From Thraustochytrium aureum (Eukaryota): DNA of 64,000 nt. Shown here piece after piece: positions 56,707-64,000 of this stretch. A model generated the notes under the pieces. That model had not been told where the DNA came from. It saw only the letters and a list, made by a program, of their open reading frames with translations, and did no database searches. Made by a program: the position numbers and the translations under genes. Location: positions 77,312 through 141,311 of the forward strand of contig BLSG01000310.1 of NCBI GenBank assembly GCA_012862495.1, read 5' to 3'. Position 1 is the first letter of the stretch. Every line of letters begins with the position of its first letter.

Positions 56707-57078
56707 AGCCGTCAACGGTTGGTTGTTGCGCGAAGCGCAGCCGTGGCCGTGGATGTTGCGAATGGGCGGAATGGGCGGGCTGGGCAGCCGCACACGAGTT
56801 GACCATTCACGAACCAAAGACGAAAGGAAGAACAGCCCCAGAGGGAAGTAGTCGGCCACTTGCCATCACTGGCGCACTAGCAAGGGCGCTGCCATCAGGG
56901 ACACTCGTTCGCTGTCTCTAGAGCCGTCAACGGCTGGTTGTTGCGCGAAGCGCAGCCGTGGATGTTGTATGCGGGCTGCCCAGCCGCCTATTCCGCCCAA
57001 TCACGAGTTGACCATTCACAAACCAAAGGACGAGCCTTTCCGCAGTCAACCACTCGCCATGACACATCAGGGCACTCT
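56707..57078. repeat. Diverged tandem duplication (copies begin at 56707 and 56922) with an internal inverted segment
   Basis: Shared blocks AGCCGTCAACGG(T/C)TGGTTGTTGCGCGAAGCGCAGCCGTGG, CACGAGTTGACCATTCAC(G/A)AACCAAAG and CATCAGGG. Confidence 0.85.
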
Positions 57079-57204
57079 GGCAACTCTCAAGAACAATTGT
57101 TGGGTTGACACATTTGCTTTAGCATTTCGAATTGAAGGGTGCTCGGGACTCGCGTCGACCGGCACGAACGAGCTCGCTATCTTGCTCCGCAACGGGGCGC
57201 ACGC

Positions 57205-59529
57205 TTAGTAGGTGGCGTCGACCTTGGAGGTCAGCTGGTCCTCGTCCTCCTCCTTGTTGCAGCAGGTGGAGAAGGCAAGCATGAGGCCGCCGAGGGCAGG
57301 CAGGGCAATCGCGAAGAGGCCAAGCAGGTTCGCAAGGCCGCCGACGTACTTGGCTTCCCCGACCGCGACTTCTTCGCCGACGTTCGCGTACACCGGGGCG
57401 CCGCGAACGAGGAGAAGCGCAGAGCACGAGAGCGCGGTCCCGGCGCAGGCGAGCACGCAGGCAACAAAGGCCAGCGGGGTCTTGCCAGAGGCGATGAGAG
57501 CGAGCGCGAGCAGAAGAGCCACGCCCTCCACGCCGAGAGCAGCCGGGATGAGAACCTGGGCGAGCTTGATGCGGCGCGCATCCTCCTCGTCCTCCTTGCA
57601 GGCGGCGACAAACCCTTCAGTGGTGTTGGCAGACACAACGAGAGAAAAGACAGATGTCGAGACCGTGTTCACCGTCACCGCCTTGCACTGGGACAGTGAA
57701 GAGATAGAGAACTGGAGGCAGCCCTGCATAATCGCGTAAACAGATGCGAGCGCCTCCTGCGTCGCGATAAAGTCGACGAACGTGGCGCAGGTCGCCGCGG
57801 GGTTCTCCTTGAAGACGGCAAAACAGTACGGGCTGCGTTCGAGCCACTTCTCCGGGACGCCAGCATACTCGGCATTCGTGATCGTTGCTTGCTCCGGGTT
57901 GACGAACTGGTTCTGGCACGATCCGCGCGTGCTCGACGTCTCATTCCACGCAAGGTCACCCTTAGCACACTCTTCCAAAATGGTGACGAGAACTGGAACG
58001 AAAGGAGCGAGCGCGGGGTCCACGTCAATGTCCGCGCCGGCGCCCAGAGCGATAGCAACAGTCTTGAAGAGAACCATTGGCGAGCACTTGGCCGTCGCAT
58101 TGATAACATTACCGACGTAAGCCTTGGCACCGGCGACGGCGGGAGCCAAGGCCGGCGACGCGGACGCGACAGTGCAAAGCGTCCACTCATCATTCACCGA
58201 CGCGCGGGGTACCTCGGCAAACACGGCCTTGCACGACTCGAACGATGTATTGGCGTTTGAAAGGCAGAGTCCGAGAAGGTTGGTAGCAGAGTCCAGCGAA
58301 GCCAAGGCTGCCGCGGCAGCGGCGTTCGCCCCTTCGACGACCGCCCGGCTGACAGCGGGAAATCCCGGCACCTTGCTCGCCACGCCAAGGTGGACAGCGT
58401 ACTGCACGGCCCTGATAAACGGGATGGTGTTCGAAAAGTCGTAGTTGACAAACGAGTTCGTGATCGACGAGTTCGTGTTGGAGGCGTCGAAGCCGGCAAT
58501 CCCGCCAAAGAGGTAGAAACCGAGCGGCAAGGCGACCGTATCACCTGCAGCAAGAGTTGAAGCAGGGTTCTGGTACCCGTTGGGCGCTTGCGGGCTGACG
58601 TAGTCTGGAAACGTAGGATAGTCCGTCTTCGTAGCAGACAGCATGAACTGGAGGATGTTGATGCCTGCGCCGAAATCCGCCACATAGCCCGGGACGGTCG
58701 TGCCATCGCAAATCAGGGTGGCGTCCTGAGATTTGGCAGCGAGGCACAATGCAGTTCCCACAGCTCCCGCGGTCGCGGTGTCGCCCAAACTGGTCAAGTT
58801 AAAGTACATGGCCAAATGAGCAACTTTGACGGGCTGCGCGACGAAGATATCGGTATTGTAACCGGAGTAGTCCCCCCCGAGATCAGCGTTCAGGGCCATG
58901 CTGCCGCCGGTCTGCGCGAGTTGCTGAGTTCCGCCACAAACGATGTCGGCACCAACGAGAGCCTTGACAAGGCCCGTAACTTGCCCCTGGAGGGTGCTCA
59001 CGAGAGTCGCACCATTCTCTTCGAGCTGTCCAGCCCAGAGTTTCGCAACAGCACCGTCAAGACCCGCGAGGATTTCGAACACGCCCTCCGTCAGCTCGCC
59101 GTAGTTCTCAGCCAGGCCGGCTTCGGCCAGATCGAAAGGATAGGAAGCAGCAACAGCGCGAGCAGGGCTGCCCTCGGCGTAAAAGCTCTCGCAGTCCTTG
59201 AATTCCAGGTCCTTGCCAAAGAGGCCGCCATAAGAGTTTTGTGCAGGGAACAGAGGCCAGAACTCGGTGGTCGAGCTTTCGGTGTACTCGAAGTTGTTGT
59301 ACTTGGTAACGCTGGTGCCGTTGGCGCACTCGGGGTTGAAGGTGGCGGAGTAGAGGCCGAGCGAGCCGAGCTTGGCGGGCTGTCCCTTGACGCCATCGCT
59401 TTCAACGTCGCACTCCGCGAGGCCCTGGATTCCGACGCGCACCCAGTCCTCGATGATGCTGATGACAACGGTCATGGCGAGTCCTACGAGGAGCAGGAAC
59501 AGGCCGAGGCCTGCGACGATCTTGTTCAT
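57205..59529 (-). CDS. 774-aa 4-TM membrane protein with claudin/PMP22/SUR7-like topology and a very large Cys-containing first loop
   Basis: Intact ORF. N-terminal TM followed by EDW...LGLY (cf. W...GLW), ~630-aa loop, three C-terminal TMs, CC and an acidic tail. Family call is by pattern only. Confidence 0.7.
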   Translation of the reverse strand: MNKIVAGLGLFLLLVGLAMTVVISIIEDWVRVGIQGLAECDVESDGVKGQPAKLGSLGLYSATFNPECANGTSVTKYNNFEYTESSTTEFWPLFPAQNSYGGLFGKDLEFKDCESFYAEGSPARAVAASYPFDLAEAGLAENYGELTEGVFEILAGLDGAVAKLWAGQLEENGATLVSTLQGQVTGLVKALVGADIVCGGTQQLAQTGGSMALNADLGGDYSGYNTDIFVAQPVKVAHLAMYFNLTSLGDTATAGAVGTALCLAAKSQDATLICDGTTVPGYVADFGAGINILQFMLSATKTDYPTFPDYVSPQAPNGYQNPASTLAAGDTVALPLGFYLFGGIAGFDASNTNSSITNSFVNYDFSNTIPFIRAVQYAVHLGVASKVPGFPAVSRAVVEGANAAAAAALASLDSATNLLGLCLSNANTSFESCKAVFAEVPRASVNDEWTLCTVASASPALAPAVAGAKAYVGNVINATAKCSPMVLFKTVAIALGAGADIDVDPALAPFVPVLVTILEECAKGDLAWNETSSTRGSCQNQFVNPEQATITNAEYAGVPEKWLERSPYCFAVFKENPAATCATFVDFIATQEALASVYAIMQGCLQFSISSLSQCKAVTVNTVSTSVFSLVVSANTTEGFVAACKEDEEDARRIKLAQVLIPAALGVEGVALLLALALIASGKTPLAFVACVLACAGTALSCSALLLVRGAPVYANVGEEVAVGEAKYVGGLANLLGLFAIALPALGGLMLAFSTCCNKEEDEDQLTSKVDATY

Positions 59530-60130
59530 CTTGGCTGAGCTTTTTCCCTTCTTCCTTCCTTTCTTCCTTCCGTGTCGTTCAGGCTGTCAACAGTGGCTGT
59601 TGGCAGTCTGCGTTGCGGGTCTGCTGCAGGTCGCCGAGCGGCCGCGGCCATGTGATGCACCCGGCCACCTTTTACATACGACCCCCTGCTTTTTCGCAGA
59701 GGATTGCCGATCCTTTTTGCACCGTTCGCGTGTGCGACGAACGACCCATCCAACCTTGCAGGCGCACCTCCCTCTCACACCGCAGAGGGGTCGGCAGCCA
59801 GCAAATCTCGCCAAGCGCACCTCACAACAGCTAAGTAACCGCTCAAGCGGTGTGCGGCCAGCCACCGCGAAGAACGCATGTGAGCCAGCGGGAGAGTGCA
59901 CATGCAGCGGGCAGGCCCTTCCAAAACAAACAAACATTCTGCACTCTGTGTCGCTTTTTCGCTTTTTTGGTCTTTTTGCTTTTTTGGCTTTCGGCCAATC
60001 GCGGCCGGGAGCTTTGCAGGGCGGAGCAGCCAACGAGCGGTCGCTTTCGACAACGGCGGCACGCCTCCTTCCTCCTCGCCAACCGCGTCCGTCGTTCGCT
60101 CGCCCGAACTGTCAAGGCGTCCGAGCGCTG

Positions 60131-60210
60131 CTCTACCTTCTCCTTGCACTACTCTACCTTCTCCTTTTCTCCTTGCACGACTCTACCTTCTCCTTGCACG
60201 ACTCTACCTC
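60131..60210. repeat. 21-bp pyrimidine-rich tandem repeat CTCTACCTTCTCCTTGCACGA, ~3.5 units
   Basis: Seen directly. Confidence 0.85.
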
Positions 60211-62642
60211 CAAGCTCGCCGTACCTGCCTGCGTGGCGGATGGATGGATGGATGGGTGGTGGAGGCCGGCCCGTGGCGTCAGGATTTGCGTCTTCCTGTC
60301 AGCCTCCTCGGTTCGGTGATCAGAGTTGTCTGGTGCACTGGGGCCTGCGCACAAGGATACGGCCGATGCTGGCTACGGTGAGGGCGCCTGGGTCCGTGGC
60401 ACGGTGCCTCTCTCGCGCAGAGGAGTCCTTTGCCTGCCTGGATCCCACCCATCCTCTCTCTAGCTAGTATCAATGTCTTTTTTCCGGGGCAAAGACCAGC
60501 CCACTCGGCGCGCAGGTCGCCTCCGAGCGCTGTCGTTCGGATTGTGCACGCTTCACGCGCAAGTTCACGCGCCTGCCTCTGCCTGCGTGCCTGCCAGGAG
60601 GGAGCAATCGCCGGTGCGCCAAAGCGCGCCAGGCCGGCGCACGCGTATCCGAGCGCGTCCAATTATCTTCATTCATTCACCCTTCCGGGGCCGTCGCGCC
60701 TCCCAGGCCAGAGGCGTACTCAGTACCGTAAGTAGTTGGACAAGCCAAAGCCAGCCTCGCGGAATCCACTCTTCTTCGCGAGAGAGTCCGTCCATCCATC
60801 GTAGGAAGCGTCCAGTCCACTCTCCAGTTCATCCATCCACGTCCANNNNNNNNNNNNNNNNNNNNNNNNNNNNNNNNNNNNNNNNNNNNNNNNNNNNNNN
60901 NNNNNNNNNNNNNNNNNNNNNNNNNNNNNNNNNNNNNNNNNNNNNNNNNNNNNNNNNNNAGGCCTGCACTGTCCTTGAACGCTGTCGCGCGCCGTTGGTT
61001 GCTTGTGCAGCGGCCGCGACACCCTCCCTCTTCCAGCTGGAGCCCGCCACGGCCAAACTTGCTCTGTGCACTGCCGAAAGCGAGAGGCTGCGAACGCGAG
61101 TGGTGGAAGGGCGCTCGGGTGTGTCCTGTCAGTGCTACCTTCCTGGCCAGGCTGAAACCAGGAGGTGGCCGGCTCGTTCTGGACCCGCCGCCGCGCGCGC
61201 CTCCCAACTTTGCTCAAGGCCTGGGTGCAGAGTGGGCTGGCTGGGCTGGCTGGCGGGCTGGTTTTGGTGGAAACAAAGCTCCGGAACAGTGAGAGTCCAG
61301 CGCGCGTGGAGAATCCTGTGCTGGATGTGGGTGGGTGGGTGGCCTCTTGCGAAAGTGCCGGGCAAACGGGTTGCTTCAGGAATCCCCGGCGCGACAGAAT
61401 CCAACGGGCGTAACGGCATTGCTCGGTCGTTGCTCAGCATTCTCAGTCAGAGTTGGCAGTTTGGTGAACGCGCGTGGCTGTCGTATACGGCCAGGCGGGT
61501 CGAGGAGCTCGGGGCGAGACGAAACGGCGGCAGCGAATCTGTTCTGATCTGAATGATTCACCATCAATCAATCTGCCAGCTCGGCGACGTGTGCCGAGCA
61601 AGACACGCAACTTGAAGATCCAACGGTCTAGCGGCGTCAACACGGACGAGATTTGGCCAACGGCGCGCGCAGACGGTTGGTTGGTCGACCTCGAGGCGCG
61701 GTTCGGGCCCCGTGCGTCGAGCAAGCACCAAGCCGATCTCATTCATGGTTCGTGTCCGGGTGAGAAACGTCAACGTTGGCTCGTCCAACTCCAACGGCGC
61801 ACTGGGCCGTGCGACGAAATGCTGCCTGCTGTCGACGTGCAATTAACTGTCACCGATCTGAGCGCGCTGTGCGTTCATGAACGCCCAACGCACGCTGCGA
61901 GCCCCGCCCAGCACGTTCGCGTGGTTTGAATTTGATTCGCCTGGTGGTTCTGGGTTCACCAAGCACGCGAGAAACTGTCGGCTCCTTAGGTAGCCAGCGA
62001 CTGGACGCCTCTGCCCGCGGCGGGGGCCGCGTGCTGAAGAGCCACAGCCCATAGGAACCAGACTGACAACCGAAAGTTTGAAGATGGCGAAGCGCCTGAC
62101 GGTTTTGTGAGATTGATTTTCAGGAGCGATCGAGACGAGCAAAGCGCTTCTTCTGTCGATCGACCGGCTTGTCGCGCCCAGGCCCGCATTCGACGAATAC
62201 GTGCGGCATACCCCACCCCCTCGGGCTCGGCAGAGGTATGATTTGCGGGTGCCCATGCCGGATCAAAACGTCTACAGAGGCAAACCCAGCCCTTGAGGGC
62301 CACTTCACCTCTTCGGAGGCCACCTCGGCTTGCTCTTCGCAAGAGGGCTTTCCGCATAGAGTGCCTACGCACACTGGCAGACTCGTTTCACTTCAGCCGG
62401 GCAAGAACTTCCACTCCAATCCCAGTCGTTCTTACTCGGGGGTTCCTTTCCTTGACATTCGCATTCCCGTGCGACTCTGGCGTTTGTCTGCTCACTCTGC
62501 GCTCTAGGAAGTTGGTTGGTCTGTTCCTGGACTCGTGCGGGTGCATGCTGTGCAAGGGGCAAAAACGAACACAAGACTGTCAGAACAGAAACATGAGATG
62601 GATAGAGATGGATGGAGGGGTGAACAAAGACCTTGGCCGCTC

Positions 62643-62700
62643 TGGATGGATGGATAGATGGATGGATGGATGGATGGATGGATGGACGGGTGGGTGGATA
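62643..62700. repeat. (GGAT)n microsatellite (shorter copy at ~60238-60255)
   Basis: Seen directly. Confidence 0.9.
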
Positions 62701-63376
62701 CAGACGAGTCGACGACCTCCGAGCCCGCATTCCGATTCATTGACGAGCCAGCAAGCAGACAGCAGACCGGCGCTGGCAAATTGCAGCCAGCTTTCACCCA
62801 GGTCCGGCCAAGCGCATCCAACATTGAAACACCTTGCGCCGCCGATACATGCCGAGAGCGGCGCTATCCGCACTGGCGGTGCACACTTGCACCTCCAGGC
62901 CAACGCGGAAGGCGAACGGTCGAGCCAAGCCAGGCTCGAAACGTAGAGCAGAGTGCACGCACCAACTTGGAGCCACTCACTCATCAGACGAGGCGCAGGC
63001 TCAGCCAAGGCTGGCGTACGACACGACAGGTCCATTTTGCATCCGGCGCTCGAGCTCGACTTGCTCTCAAGTGTGTGAGAGTCCATGCCAGCCAGGCCCT
63101 CTGCTAGCTCTAGCTAGTAGCTCCAGAGAGGCCGCGAGGCACGCGGCGAGCCGCCGCCTGTCCGACACGCAGGCTTGCGGCCTGGTCCAGAGTTGGATCC
63201 GCGTATGAAGGATGGGTGCACAGTGAGTTCCAGTGAGACGCTCTCCGAGGCGTTGATCACGACTGGCCCTGCCAATTGCGTCGTTCTCGACTGGCCCTGG
63301 TGGTCTGGTAGGTACTACGTCGAGTGCCGTGCGGCGAGGTACCAGGAAGCGCCCGTGGGCGGCGGATTCGGCCGCG

Positions 63377-64000
63377 TCAACTTGCGAAGGGAACTGAGAC
63401 GACCAGCGGGTCCGGCAACCCAGCCAGCGCGACGAGCACGACGCCCGCAGCCTCGTCGACGGCGAACCGGTTTGGCTTGCCAGGCAGCTCGAGGCTCCAG
63501 AGCAGGCGAGGCTCGCCAAAGTCTGGCACAGCGCCCTTGCCGCCCTCGCTCGCGCCGTCGAGCCCCCAGAGCTTGATCGTCCTGTCGCTGCTCGCCGTCA
63601 CAACAGGGACGCGAACGCCGCCNNNNNNNNNNNNNNNNNNNNNNNNNNNNNNNNNNNNNNNNNNNNNNNNNNNNNNNNNNNNNNNNNNNNNNNNNNNNNN
63701 NNNNNNNNNNNNNNNNNNNNNNNNNNNNNNNNNNNNNNNNNNNNNNNNNNNNNNNNNNNNNNNNNNNNNNNNNCTCCGAACCGCGCGAGCAGCCGAGTCG
63801 GCTGCGAGCCACGAGCGAGCGCAACCGTAGAGTCGCCGAGGCCGACCGCGAGCCAGGCGCCCTACGGGGCGAAAAACTTGGTAGAGTGCACGAGCCGGGG
63901 GGTTGACCGCCTGCGCGCCGCTCGATGTTGCCGCGTTTGGGTCGCTGGCGAGGCCGACGTCCAATGCACGGTGCCGCGGCTTTCTCCTCTTGCCATCCCA
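63377..64000 (-). CDS. C-terminal part of a WD40-repeat protein (5' part beyond the window)
   Basis: VVTASSDRTIKLWGL is a WD40 signature; the frame is open to base 64000. Confidence 0.6.
   Translation of the reverse strand, partial: WDGKRRKPRHRALDVGLASDPNAATSSGAQAVNPPARALYQVFRPVGRLARGRPRRLYGCARSWLAADSAARAVRXXXXXXXXXXXXXXXXXXXXXXXXXXXXXXXXXXXXXXXXXXXXXXXXXXXGGVRVPVVTASSDRTIKLWGLDGASEGGKGAVPDFGEPRLLWSLELPGKPNRFAVDEAAGVVLVALAGLPDPLVVSVPFAS

Noticed and set aside
59600..63300. Short ORFs or a mobile element in the long intergenic tract
   Set aside because: No transposase, RT or terminal repeats recognised; only simple repeats.

Overview
GC-rich, intron-poor EUKARYOTIC draft scaffold with about 20 N-gaps; no prokaryotic, viral, CRISPR or clear transposon content. 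Gene content (cilium genes, heterotrimeric G-alpha, AP2 factor, selenoprotein) fits a flagellated protist, plausibly a stramenopile such as a thraustochytrid (inference only). About 16 genes in order: CSPP1-like, tetraspanin-like, polyQ-AP2 factor, divergent G-alpha, ADCY10-type cyclase, CCT2, CREST-family membrane protein, Cdc15/Cdc7/MAP3K-epsilon kinase (one clear GT-AG intron), 2xWW-RDD protein, a giant (~4000 aa) TOR, selenoprotein T-like gene, WH2-like-repeat/PH protein, AK9-like, Tudor-ankyrin protein, claudin-like protein with a giant loop, and a WD40 fragment. Best-supported hidden system: the ORF track splits a selenoprotein at an in-frame TGA (CTS-U), and a type-2 SECIS lies ~100 nt after its stop. 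It sits head-to-head with an atypical TOR that lacks both FATC cysteines, and their shared upstream region carries five spaced copies of CAATTCAAGTGAC. Many genes have single-base frame breaks, mostly at homopolymers and probably assembly errors, so several gene boundaries are approximate.
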